NCBI RefSeq assembly: GCF_009914755.1
Contig: NC_060939.1
Length of the DNA stretch: 64,000 nucleotides
Strand: one strand, 5' to 3'
From: the human T2T-CHM13v2.0 reference genome, Homo sapiens
A model generated the notes under the pieces. It ran no database searches and was not told the DNA's origin. It saw only the letters and a program-made list of their open reading frames with translations. Below, one piece after another: positions 21,926 through 42,483 of the stretch; within the stretch, counting starts at the first letter, position 1; every line of letters starts with the position of its first letter. The translations under genes and the position numbers were made by a program.

Positions 21926-23259
21926 ACATTGAAACTGACACTTGGCATATGTTCCAACTGAAGATAATGTCTTATGGTTCACTACCAAACTAGGATTGTC
22001 AAAGTTGGGACCAAAGATTCCTAGCTTATATAAGAATAAGTGGCTTAATTTTAGTGTTCTTTTTTGTTTGTTTGCCTTTTTTTTTTTTTTTTTTTTTTTT
22101 TGAGATGGAGTCTCGCTCTGTCACCCAGGCGGGAATGCAGTGAGTGGTGCGATCTTGCGTCACTGTAACCTCCGCCTCCTGAGTTCAGGTGATTCTCATG
22201 CCTCAGCCTTCTGAGTAGCTGGGATTACAGGCATGCATCTCCACACCCGGCTGATTTTTGTATTTTTAGTAGAGACACAGTTTCACTGTGTTGGCCAGGC
22301 TGGTCTCGAACTTCTGACCTCAGGTGGTCCACTTGCCTAGGCCTCCCAAAATGTTGAGATTACAGGCGTGAGCCACTGCACCTGGCCTGCTGTTCTGTCT
22401 TAATTTCCACTTAGGTAATTACAGTATTTGATAATTAAGACCCTTAGCCTTTAGTGCTTTGAAGTACTACTTATCTGTTCTCATTTAATAGTAGGTTTTC
22501 TTTATGCTTTATGTCACAAAAAGATAAAAGACAGGTATACACACTTGGGCATATGTATGCTTTGTGTACGTATTGACTATTAATGCATGATTGCTGAACA
22601 TTTTAACACAAGAAATGTGTTTATTTGGAAAATTACCAGTGGTAATTTGAGAAGATGACTTGATTGGATGTTTTAATAGAAAAATTACGTATAATTTTTT
22701 GACTTACACATAATTTCTCAGTGTATACAGATGTATGTCTTGCTATCCCAGTGGAGCAACTGGATGGTTTTAGGCCCTTTCTTTTCTCATGGTGGTTCCA
22801 ACTCTTTTTTTCTTTTTTTTTTTTTTGAGACAGAGTCTTGCTTTGTCACCTGGGCTGGAGTGCAGTGGCACAATCTCAGCTCACTGTAACCTGTGCCCCC
22901 CAGGTTCAAGCGATTCTCCCACCTCAGCCTCCCAAGTATCTGTGATTACAGGTGCCTGCCACCACACCTGGCTAATTTTTGTATTTTTAGTTGAGACGGG
23001 GTTTCGCCATGTTGGCCAGGCTGGTCTTGAACTCCTGACCTCAGGTGATCCACCTGCCTTGGCCTCCCAAAGTGCTGAGATTATAGGCGTGAGCCACCGC
23101 GACCGGCCTGGTTCCAGCTTTAGATTTTTGGAGATTGGCAGTAGTGAGAGAATGGATGGTGAAGTTAGAGAGCAGGGTAAGCTCCATAGTCACTCATTTC
23201 TCTCCTGCCTTTCCTAGGGATCAGGGGAAGTTTGTAAATAATACCCTTGTTTTTAAAAA

Positions 23260-24430
<1,171 letters not shown>

Positions 24431-26129
24431 ACTTAGTGCCCTTTTTGACTCCTCAGTTCCTATGCAGAATGCTTGGAGAATTTGAATCTGGATATTTGGA
24501 GGAATAGTGAAGGGTAAAAATACCTGCAGTATCACATTTGTATCATAATACTTGGCAGTATCTATGTGTTGACTTTTCTGCTGTGGAATTATAGAAAGCA
24601 GCTTTTCAAAAGCATTTTTCTGTTCTTAAGAAGTTAGAAAGCTTCAGAAGGAATGTATACTTGTTTTAGGGGCAAGCACATAGGGGAAAGTTGTTAGATT
24701 CTTCTGTTTTATTCTGAGTCTAAGAAAAAATGATCTCTCTTTGGGTGCAGAAAGAAAGCATGTTATCAGGAAAACTGCCATGAACAAAGAGGTGTATGTG
24801 AAAAATTGTATTAACAGGAATTGCAGACTTTTTTTTTTTTTTTTGAGACAGGGTCTTCCTCTATGGACCACCTGGAGTGCAGTGGCACCATCACGGCTCA
24901 CTGCAGTCCTTACCTCCTGGGCTCAAGCGATTCTCCTACCTCAGCCTTCTGAATAGCTGGGACATGTGTGCGCCACCACTCTCCCCTAATTTTTGTATTT
25001 TTTTAGAGACAGAGTTTCACCATGTTGTCCAGGCTGGTCTTGTCCTGGCCTCAGGCCATCTGCCTGCCTTGGCCTCCGTAAGTGCTGGGATAATACGTGT
25101 GAGCCTGACCACTGTGCCTCGCCACCCAATTTCTTGTTATTTTAAAATTCTGTAGTTTGGCCTTTGCTATTTAGCCTTAGTTTTAGATCAGTACTTACTA
25201 GGACCAAAGTCGAATTTTTTAAATTCTGATATTTTTCTTCATAATTTTCTCAAAATAAAAGGGAAATAAAGAATAAAAATAAAATATGATGGATAAGATA
25301 GAAGTCACTTATGTTTTCCTTATCATTTTGAAGGCTTTCTTTGCATACTAGCATGTTAGAGATATTGTCATGTTTTGTGTTTTGTATGTTTCTAAATTTT
25401 TATTTTATCATTCTTATGAATTCACATATAGTTTTACAATAGTATTGAAATATTTTATGCATTTTAATAAAAATGGAGATAATATTGTTAGTCACAATTG
25501 GCATGTTAATGTGGTGAAACTGCTAAAACTACTCTTTGCCCCCATCACTGTAAGAGCTTCCTCCGTAGTCTTTCTGACTTTCCCTCTAGCCTGTTCCCTT
25601 CAGCTCCTCAGGTAAAGTCTTCCTAAAACTAGGTTAAACAGAAACCTATAATCCCTCACTCTGATAATTTGACCCTAGCTTATTCTCCCCTACTAAAAAA
25701 AAAAAAAGAACAAAAGAACCTACAGCCCCAAGCATTAGAGTATTTAGATGTTGCCATTTCTTAGCATTGTTTGAAGTGAATATTCTTCGCCCACCGTCAC
25801 CCTGTGCATCCTTCATGGTTTGACTTGGATGTGACTTTCTTTATGAAGCCATTATCAGAGTCCTTAATTGCCTCGTTTTGTTCCTACAGAGTGCTTTTAT
25901 TTATAGCATGTTTATAACGTATTCTGGTTATTTATTTATTTATTCGAGACAGGTTCTCACGCCCAGGTTGGAGTGCAGTGGCGTGATCTTGGCCCACTGC
26001 AACCTCTGCCCCTGGGCTCAAGTGATCCTCCCACCTCAGCCTCCTGAGTAGCTGGGACTCCAGGTGCACCCCACCACGCCTAGATAACTTTTGTATTTTT
26101 AGTAGAGACAGGGTTTTGCCATGTTTTGA

Positions 26130-26474
<345 letters not shown>

Positions 26475-26777
26475 TGATCTGCCCACTTTGGCCTAATTAT
26501 TTATATTCTGTAATTCTTTCCATCATCCTAAATTGTGAGCTTCTTGAAGGATGGGAACCTGTATTTTCTCTCTCTGCCCACAGATCCAGCATATAAAGTA
26601 GTTATTCTGTAATTATTTGAATAATTGAGCATATACCATATTAGTCAACATTTTTCATCTTGCTCGGCCCACCATAATTTTGTTCTACCCTACCTATTTC
26701 AAACAGTATTTCCTGCCTCTCACAAGGATGTGCTCACTGCTTCAGTGACATTGTTTTCTCCAAAGAGTTCTGTATAG

Positions 26778-27293
26778 CAGGGTTCCCCAACCCCTGGGCC
26801 ACGGACTGGTACCCATCTGTGGCCTATTAGGAACTAGGCCATGTACCAGTAGGTGAGTGGTGGATGAGTAGTGAAGCTTCATCTATATTTACAGCCAGTC
26901 CCTGTCACTTACATTACTGCTTGAGTTCTGCTTCCTGTCAGATCAGCAGCGGCATTCTTGTAGGAGCATGAACCCTATTGTGAACTGCATGTGAGGGATC
27001 TAGGTTGCGTGCTCCTTACGAGAATCTAATGCCTGATGATCTGTCACTGTCTCCCATCACCCCCAGTTGGGACCATCTAGTTGCAGGAGAGCAAGCTCAG
27101 GGCTCCCACTGATTCTATATTACGGTGAATTGTATAATATTATATATTGCAATGCAATGATAATAGAAACAAAGTGCACAATAAATGTACTCGGATCATC
27201 TCAAACCACACCCACCCACCCCCACCCTGGGTCTGTGGAAAAATTGTCTTCTACGAATCCGTTCCCTGGTGCCAAAAAGGTTGGAAACCGCTG
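26778..27293 (+). mobile_element. hAT-Charlie MITE, MER1A-like
   Basis: TIRs cagggttccccaacc / ggttggaaaccgctg; 8-bp TSD ctgtatag/ctgtgtag; about 516 bp. Confidence 0.88.
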
Positions 27294-27838
27294 CTGTGTA
27301 GGCCACGATAATTTTTATTTTTGTATTTTTAAGTTTGATTTTCTAGAGATCGTAAATGCGTCATTCAGCATATGTGACAATGCTTATTCATAAGAGAAAC
27401 ACCAAGCCATTTAATAGCATTGACAAAAAAATTAATAGTTCAGTATGTAAAATGTGCTGCTGTAAAGATTTAAGAGCTTATTTCGAAATATGGTTTAATT
27501 TTACATTTACCTGTTACAGATTGTTAAATTTTGAAGACATGTTGAAGCAGCCATCTTTTCTGTATATTTATAAAAACATCAATTGTCTTTAGGTTTGGCT
27601 TCTATCACTTTAAAAGAGAGAACTCTTCAGTTCCAATCTCCAAGGAAATCTGGAAGCCACTTAAAGTTCAGTTTTGGAAACAGGAAGTTAAAATAACAGA
27701 AATCTCTAAGAGTAGTTTGTAAGTTTGAAGCTTTGAAAGTTGACAGATTTATTACTTGAATTATCAAGAACAAAAGGTCCTGGAGGTTTGTCTTCCAGGT
27801 TTGTTACATTATTTGTTGAACTCTTTTTTTTTTTTTGA

Positions 27839-28127
<289 letters not shown>

Positions 28128-28968
28128 TGAGCTCTTATAGACTACTTTCCATTAATGCAGCAATCATAATTATTACACTTTTAATGAAGAAAGATTTTGT
28201 GAAATGGTTTGATAAATTATTATCATTTTCGAGCATTAAAATTTATTTGTAAAGATGGGTTCAAAAACAACATGCCTAGATTTGTAGACTAACATCAGTA
28301 ACTAAAAATCATTTCTCACATTTGACAATTCCATTCAAATCTGCTAACGGTCACTGCCATTTCTGAGTTTCTGCCCTATTCTGTCATTAAGGTGTCCAGG
28401 ATTGGTGGTCATTTCTGGTCACTTAAGAAATTTTATGCGTAGCCAAGATTCCTGTAAAAATTGTGCTTGCATATATTTGATTTGTTTGTGTAGAAATCTG
28501 TTGTCAACAAAGTTGTGTTCTAATATAGTGAAAAATTTAAATATATTATGTTCTCATAATTTATTTCCTTAAAAAATCTTTAATTTCAAAATTGGTAAAT
28601 GGTTACTTTTTAGAAAAAAAACAAACTATATATACAGAAACTTATAAAGGGTAAAAGACCCCCACCCAGTGCTATAAATTTCTACCCTATTGTTTCACTC
28701 CCAAACTGTTAAGTGTGTATTTTACAAATGCATATATTAATATAAGTTGTTTTACGAAGAAGAATCCTATAATAGCAGACTTACTTGTAGTCCGTTTAAA
28801 GAAAATGATCCATACTTTCCATAACAGTTTGTACAAATCCTGCCTGATTTTAAAAGGCTGCTTAGCAGTTAATTTTATGTAATACTTTTTTTTAAATAAG
28901 AAAAGGATGAAAAAAAGTTTGAGTTCAGCTTTTCCCTTTTGTTTCTGCCCTCTTATTTGTGCATATAA

Positions 28969-29148
<180 letters not shown>

Positions 29149-29750
29149 TAATTTTTGTATTTTTGTATTTTTTTTTTTTTTTTGTAGAGGTGAGGTTTCA
29201 TGTTGCCCAGGGTGGTTTTGAACCCCTGGGCTCAAGTGATCCACCTGCCTTGGCCTCACAAAGTGCTGGGATTACAGGTGTGATCCATTTATTTATTTTA
29301 TTAAATTAAGTTTTAATTATTTTAAAGTTCCACTGAACAAAATAATGAGAAAATGCAAACAATATTACTTTGAATGGATCCTTAGGTGTATATATTCAGG
29401 CCATTTGAAAAAATACAGTGTTTTTAAAGGCCTGATATGTCTGATGGTAATGTTTATGTTTTATAGTTTTAAAAAAAATTGGCTTTCTTCTAATTTGTGA
29501 CGGAGCCAATTTGGAGTCCTTGTTCATCCAGAAATGAGGTCTCTCGCTCTTTACTAGGATTGTCTGTTACATCCTGTTGTACAGTTTTGTAGTGTTTTTC
29601 ATATGGGTTTATACACCATTCTTGTCAGGCTGTTCTTGTCAGGCTTAATACCTTGGAATAACTATATAGCTATTTTTGTTGCTTTGGGGAAAGTGATCTT
29701 TTTTCCATTGTACTTTTAAACATGTTATTATTGGATATTTAAAAGTATTT

Positions 29751-30052
29751 AAGCCAGGTGTGGTGGCTTATGCCTGTAATCCCAGCACTTTGGGAAGCTG
29801 AGGTGGGTGGATCACCTGAGGTCAGGAATTCGAGACCGGCCTGGCCAACGTGGTAAAACCCTGTCTTTACTGAAAATACAAAAATTAGCCAGGTGTGGTG
29901 GTGTGTGCCTATAGTCCTAGCTGCTCGGGAGGCTGAGGCAGCAAAATTGTTTGAACCTGGGAGATGGAGGTTGCAGTGAGTCGAGATCGTGCCACTGCAT
30001 TTCAGCCTGGGTGACAGACTGAGACTCCATCTCAAAAAAACAAAAAACACAA
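29751..30052 (+). mobile_element. Alu
   Basis: Dimeric Alu; TSD aaaagtattta. Confidence 0.92.
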
Positions 30053-30129
30053 AAGTATTTATTGATAGGAAAATATAGCTACTGCACCGAAATGGGGTTA
30101 ATGGATTTTTGAGTTTAGTTCTCTTAGAT

Positions 30130-30390
30130 TTTATTTTATATATCATATAATTTTATATTTTGTGTTATATAAGATATAAATATATATTTCATATATAAAA
30201 TACATATTTTATATATGTTAGATATATAAAATTTGTTAGATATGTAATATGCAAATATACTATATATTTTGTAAGATACTTAATTCTATATACAATAAAG
30301 ATAATATGTATATACTGTACATAAATATAACAATATATGCATTATATATAGTAAATATGCATTATATATTGTAATATATAGTAATTAATT
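30130..30390. repeat. AT-rich low-complexity (TA)n-like tract
   Basis: Degenerate atatat repeats, very low GC. Confidence 0.8.
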
Positions 30391-30974
30391 AGCAGTATCT
30401 TTATGTCTTATTTAGTATACATTTCAGGATCCAGGCTTCCTTACCAGAAATATTAGACACTTGTGCAGTATGCCCCTATGACTTGTAGTGCTGCCACCCT
30501 ACCAAAAAAGAACTGACTCCCAGATACTGTTCAGGCTTGTGAGGTTAGATACACCCTTCATTTTGCTATTGGCTGTAATAATAACAGAGTCATTGCTAGA
30601 GCAGTAGACTCTGTAACATATTGAACTTCACCCAGTTTGTATTGACAGGAGATGTAAGTTGATGTTATGTTTCTCTTTGATGACTAATATTTAAGGATTT
30701 CAGAATACTTTAACAAGACAGATGAGAAAATCATTAAGTTCACTGAGAAATTGAAACCTATTAATTGAGAGAGGTTTAACTTATCTGTTTCCAGAAGCAG
30801 AATATCTGGTATTAGAATTTAGGGGGCTGAAACATCCAGCTACCAAACTCCAGTCCTCCATAATAGAGGAAAGTCTGTAGAATTCTTGGCTTTGATAGGT
30901 TTTATGCTAAAGAAATTTGGTTCTTTGTTTCTATACTTCAAACTTTTGTGGGAACAGTTTTTTATGCCCTTCTT

Positions 30975-31212
30975 TTTTGTTGTTTTAATTTTTATTTTTT
31001 AAATCTCAGTAGGTTTTTGGGGAACAGGTGGTGTTTGGTTACATGAATAAGTTCTTTAGTGGTGATTTCTGAGATTTTGGTGCACCCATCACCTGAGCCA
31101 TGTATACTGTACCTAATGTGTAGTCTTTTATCCCTGACCTCACTTTCCACCCTTTCCCCCAAAGTCCTTTGTATCATTCTTATGCCTCTGTGTCCTCATA
31201 GGTTAGATCCCA
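30975..31212 (-). mobile_element. L1PB-like 3'-end fragment
   Basis: T-rich tail followed by ggtttttggggaacaggtggtgtttggttacatgaataagttctttagtggtgatttctgagattttggtgcacccatcacc. Confidence 0.82.
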
Positions 31213-31229
31213 GATTTTATGCCCTGCCT

Positions 31230-32234
<1,005 letters not shown>

Positions 32235-32954
32235 AAGCTTCCTATAAAATATTTTGGAAATATTTTATAAGACTAATTAACCTTGAAATTTTCCTCTTAG
32301 TGGTTTTGTCTGTTAGCTAGTTCTCTACCCTAAGTGTTTTGAGGTCTTTGTACTTAGAGGCGACAGAGAATTTTACTTCATTCAGAGCAAGCCTTAGCTG
32401 AGATACTAAAATCATGTGAAAGTCTGTCTAAATGTAAGCGTGGTTCCATCTTTGCTTCTCAGTTCCTCTTTACCTGTCAGAGGAGATAGTTATCCTAGAC
32501 AGACCTCCCAAAAGATAACTTTGACTTCCAGATTCTGACAGTTCTAATCTCCATTTAACTGTATTTTCTTTCCTTTTTATAGCATGAGCAGTAATATCCA
32601 GACCAACATGGAATGGAGGATGTCCCTTAATCTCCTCACATGGCTATCCCTTGTGCAGTCCTCTTTTAACAAGTAATTGTTTCTGTGGATATCTGTTAAG
32701 GTTAAGGAGTATAGTGAACGTCTTTGGGTTTAGGTTGTTTAACCTCTTCACACTCCATATAAATCATTCTTCCAATGTCTTTTAAATGCAACCAAAAGAC
32801 TCACCAAAGTGACATTGGCAGATAATAGGAAACTTCTCATTATTAATATCAGCATAGACACATCCAGTAAGGAGATTGCCTGTCCTTCCTGCTCTCTACC
32901 TAGAGGGTGTCTAGGTTTTACTTTGGATCTGAGAAAAGTAAGGAGAAATTCTCA

Positions 32955-33438
<484 letters not shown>

Positions 33439-34739
33439 TTATAATTGTTTTCATGTAGGTCCTTTGTGTCTCTTGTTAAATTTCATACCAGATATTAAAT
33501 ATTTTCATTCCTCTTGTAAGTAGTATATTTTTGTTATTCTGTAGTATTTTCTAACTAGCTACTGTTTGTGTAAAGGAAAGTCATTGATTTTTGGAGTGTT
33601 ATTTTTATTTATATTTTTGGTAAATATATAAGTAACTGGCCTGTCTTACTGTTGCCAGTGGTTTTCTACTATTGAGCTCATTTGTCAGTGTCATCTGCCA
33701 ATAATGAAAAAAATTACCTTCTTTTAAATATATATGCCCATTCCCTTGTTTAAATGACTTTACTAGCCTTTCCAGAAGAATGTTTTATAACAGTGAATTC
33801 CTTTTTTTCTTCCAGATTTTAATGAGAATGCCTATAGTGTTTCACTATTAACCATCAGTTTTTTTCCCCCTGAATTATGTATGCCAAACAAACCATGTCT
33901 GTGAGCTGAATCCTGCCAGTCTAGTTTGAAGATTTACTTTATAACTTTGAGCCTTGAGACCCTAAGGGACATGAAGAGTGATCTTAATAGACTTTCTGGA
34001 AGGTGCAACCACTTTCCTATTTAATATTTCCTATTCTCCAAGAAGTAGCATGTAGATCAGTTTACCAATAATATATAGGAAAAAATCTTTTGGCTCCCTG
34101 CTGTTCTTTTCTATGGTCAGTTTCTCTCTTTTAAGGACCTGATTATCCCCAGTTATATGGTAAATATCTTGTGGCTACAGAATACCTGAAGAAGGAAATT
34201 GAGCAATAGTAAATTTTCAAGAAATCTTAGGTATTATTTTCCTAATTTTGTTATTATTATTCTCATTCTGCATATTTTCTTTTCTATCTCAGCTATTGGT
34301 GTCACCATATTCTTAGTTACCTAAGCTAGAAATATGGCAGTTGTGTTTTACTTCCTTCCTTTTACTCATTCTTTTACAGATTAATGCAATTAAAAAAAAT
34401 ACTAATTGAGTGCCTAGTATGTGCGAGTCAACTGTTTTCATTGCTAGAGATCTGCCTAGATGAGATTCCTGCTTCCTTGGAACTTATATTCTACTGAGAC
34501 GCTTTGTGTAATAAATAGGCTAGCAAGATCTTTTCAGTTAGTAGCAAGTACTTTAAGAAAGACAGAATATGAGTTTGAGTGATGAGGAAGAGAGGGTGAT
34601 TTTTTAAAGTGTGTTTTAGTCCAGATTCTCTGAGAAGCAGATGCCAACATAGGATTACATGTTCTTTTACATATTTATGCGCATTCTCTTTTTTGAGTGA
34701 CTTTACTAGCCTTTCCAGGATAATGTTTTATAACAATAT

Positions 34740-35200
34740 CTCTTTTGAATTATTTTGGTCGTTTAAATGTACGTAACATAAAATTACCATTTTTAAGTTT
34801 ATAATTTGGCATTAAGTACATTGACATTGTTGTGCAACATCTCCATCTATTTCCACAACTTTTTATCTTCCCCGACTGAAACTCAGTAACTGTTAAACAC
34901 TAACTCCTATTCTCCCCCTCCCTCAGGTCCTCGCAACCACCATTTTATTTTCTGTCTATGAATTTGACTACTCTGGGTAATTCATATAAGTGGAATCATA
35001 CAATATTTGTCTTGTTGTGTCTTCTTATTTCACTTAGCATAATGTCTTCAAGATTCATCCATGTTGTAATGCGTCAGGGTTTCCTTTTTAAGGCTGAATA
35101 CTATTTCATTGTACGTGTATATCACATTTGTTTATCTATTCATCACTTCAGTGGACACTTGAGATGCTTCCACCTTTTGGTTTTTGCAAATAATGCTGTT
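34740..35200 (-). mobile_element. L1MB-like 3'-end fragment
   Basis: gcattaagtacattgacattgttgtgcaac...ctatgaatttgactactct...cacttagcataatgtcttcaagattcatccatgttg. Confidence 0.8.
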
Positions 35201-35202
35201 AC

Positions 35203-39320
<4,118 letters not shown>

Positions 39321-40885
39321 GCCCCATTCAACTCTTAGATCACATGTACCTGTGTTTTATCATTGTGACTTCTGTGTTCTTGCCTTTAATTAAAGTGATC
39401 CTTGTCTGACTGGCTGCCTTCTGTAATTTGCTCATTGCCATGCTCATGTTCACTCATCTTTGTATTCCTGGTTTATCACTGATCCTGCTGAACTACAGAT
39501 AGCGCGTGATGGCTGATCTTGGATACAGCACTGCCTGTGCTTGTGAATAAGAATAAAAGAAGATAGTGGTTTTGATAGCTTTCTGTAGGAATAGGTCATT
39601 CTATGCCTTAATTATTGTCATTTGTTCTGATAGTAAAGTTATATACTATAGTAACATGGGAGACCTGTAAGATTATATATTTCTGTAACCCATTTGTAGA
39701 GAGGGAAAATACTTGCTTACTAAACAGCTGTTGTACTCGCTTTTTAGGAACTGGTTTCAAAATGTATTTTATGGGCAAAACAAATCTGTGGTGTCAGAAG
39801 TTACAATAGTGGTTAACAGTTTGGTGGGCTGTAGTAATGGGAAGAAGATTTCTAGGGTGCTGGTTATGTTGTTTATCTGTGTGCCAGTTACATAGAGGTG
39901 TTCATTTTTTTAGTGTTCATTCATCTATAAACTTAGAATATGTGTGTATGCTATACTTAATAAAAACTTGTTAAAAATATGTTAACATTGTTTATTCATG
40001 TTTTGCACTAGTAAAGCTCTTCATTTGTCACATTTACTGCCTTTCTGATTAATATATTTCATTTTGAGTCATGATATTTACTATTACATTATTTTCATAT
40101 GTACATTGCATTGATGTAAATGCTTTAAATTCAGATCTCTTTTTGGCAGCTCGTAATTTAAGATGTTGAATGATTTAGATAGATTAGCTGTACAAAGTTT
40201 GATTTTATGTTCTGCTGTATTGTTTATTTAACTGAATGATCTTCAGCAGCCCACAGTCTTGGCTCTAATCTTTTTGTATTTAAAACTGAAATGCAGTAGT
40301 TGTGTCTACTATCAGGAGAATTCAGATTCTCATTAGAGAATTAATAGAGTAGTATGAAGGAAAAAAAATAGAAAAGAGAAGCTTATATTCATTAGCTCAT
40401 TATTAATAATATCAATCTAATGTAGTAACCATCTAGATGTACAGAAACATTTAATAATAACCACTTAAAAATGTCATACCAGGAGTAAAACATGTTGACT
40501 AATTAGTCTTTTGAATTCGAATCCTTTTATTTATATTTCACTGAAATAGGTTTTGAAGTAATTGTTTGATTTGACCAAATATGTTTTGTTGCTGAAGGTA
40601 GTGAGATATGCAATAAGATCAGTTTTTGGTTAATAGAAGTTTTTAAGTAGGCTTATGCTCTATATCTACTGTATTTCTAAAAATTGGATGCATGAGTAGA
40701 GTGACCAGAGAGAAACGTTTTATAAGAATAGTAAAATAATTCATAACAGACATTTTGTGTACTGATGAGGAAAAGACAGTTCTGCCTTTATAAGGGATCT
40801 TCTTGGTGGAATTTGAGAACTCTTCAATTAAATAGTATAATAAAACACATTAAAAATCTTTTAAATATCTAATTTTGTCTTCTAG

Positions 40886-40904
40886 GCTTTCCTTAAAGTT
40901 TCCC
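40886..40904 (+). other. RNF111: 5' UTR part (19 nt) of the first coding exon of RNF111
   Basis: GCTTTCCTTAAAGTTTCCC lies between the AG acceptor (40884-40885) and the ATG at 40905. Confidence 0.9.
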
Positions 40905-41784
40905 ATGTCTCAATGGACTCCTGAATATAACGAGCTCTACACCTTAAAAGTGGATATGAAGAGTGAGATTCCTTCTGATGCACCAAAGACACAGGAGAGT
41001 CTGAAAGGGATCCTTTTGCATCCAGAGCCCATTGGGGCAGCCAAAAGTTTTCCTGCAGGAGTTGAGATGATTAATAGTAAAGTGGGGAATGAATTCTCTC
41101 ACCTGTGTGATGATTCTCAAAAGCAAGAGAAGGAAATGAATGGTAACCAGCAAGAACAAGAAAAAAGTCTCGTTGTGAGGAAAAAACGCAAAAGCCAGCA
41201 GGCTGGCCCTTCGTATGTGCAGAATTGTGTTAAAGAAAACCAGGGAATATTAGGACTGAGGCAACACCTAGGGACACCAAGTGATGAAGATAATGATTCC
41301 TCTTTTAGTGATTGTCTTTCTTCTCCTTCATCTAGTCTGCATTTTGGAGATTCTGATACTGTGACTTCAGATGAGGATAAAGAAGTCTCTGTAAGACATT
41401 CCCAGACCATTTTGAATGCTAAAAGTAGAAGCCATAGTGCACGGTCTCATAAGTGGCCTCGGACTGAGACAGAATCTGTATCGGGATTGTTAATGAAAAG
41501 ACCCTGTTTACATGGCAGTTCGTTACGGAGACTTCCATGCAGAAAGAGATTTGTAAAAAATAATTCCTCACAGAGGACACAGAAACAAAAAGAGAGGATA
41601 TTAATGCAGAGGAAGAAACGAGAAGTGTTAGCTCGAAGAAAATATGCCTTGCTACCTAGTTCTAGTAGTTCCAGTGAGAATGACCTCAGCAGTGAATCCT
41701 CTTCTAGCTCATCAACTGAAGGAGAAGAAGATTTGTTTGTTTCTGCCAGTGAAAACCACCAAAACAATCCAGCTGTTCCCTCAG
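40905..41784 (+). CDS. RNF111: RNF111/Arkadia first coding exon, CDS part (codons 1-293 plus 1 nt; Arkadia N-terminal domain)
   Basis: Translation [38 protein letters not shown]...[43 protein letters not shown]...NPAVPS matches the Arkadia N-terminus. Acceptor ttttgtcttctag|G at 40885/40886; donor CAG|gtaaaa at 41784/41785. 880 coding nt, phase 1. Basic NLS-like clusters (RKKRK, RKKR) and a Ser/acidic tract. Confidence 0.97.
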
Positions 41785-41969
41785 GTAAAAATGTTTAAGC
41801 TGAGTAAAACATGGAACCTATTGCATTGCATTTGTGCTTAATTTTTTGTTTGTGTCTTACTGATTTTATTTAAAGGGACTATCAGGTTCTATTAACTTTT
41901 ATTTTTAAGTCATATAAATTACCAATTGCAGTATTAAACCATGACTCTAATGCTAAGATAAAAATTTAA

Positions 41970-42483
<514 letters not shown>

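Noticed and set aside
30130-30390. AT-rich tract as a structured element
   Set aside because: Degenerate (TA)n low complexity; I saw no long perfect symmetry or unit structure.
40875-40904. ORF-track start (TTG at 40875, [10 protein letters not shown])
   Set aside because: It begins inside the intron's pyrimidine tract, upstream of the acceptor at 40885; the real start is the ATG at 40905.
40944-41841. Antisense and alternate-frame ORFs overlapping the RNF111 exon
   Set aside because: Short shadow ORFs of a coding exon with no independent evidence.
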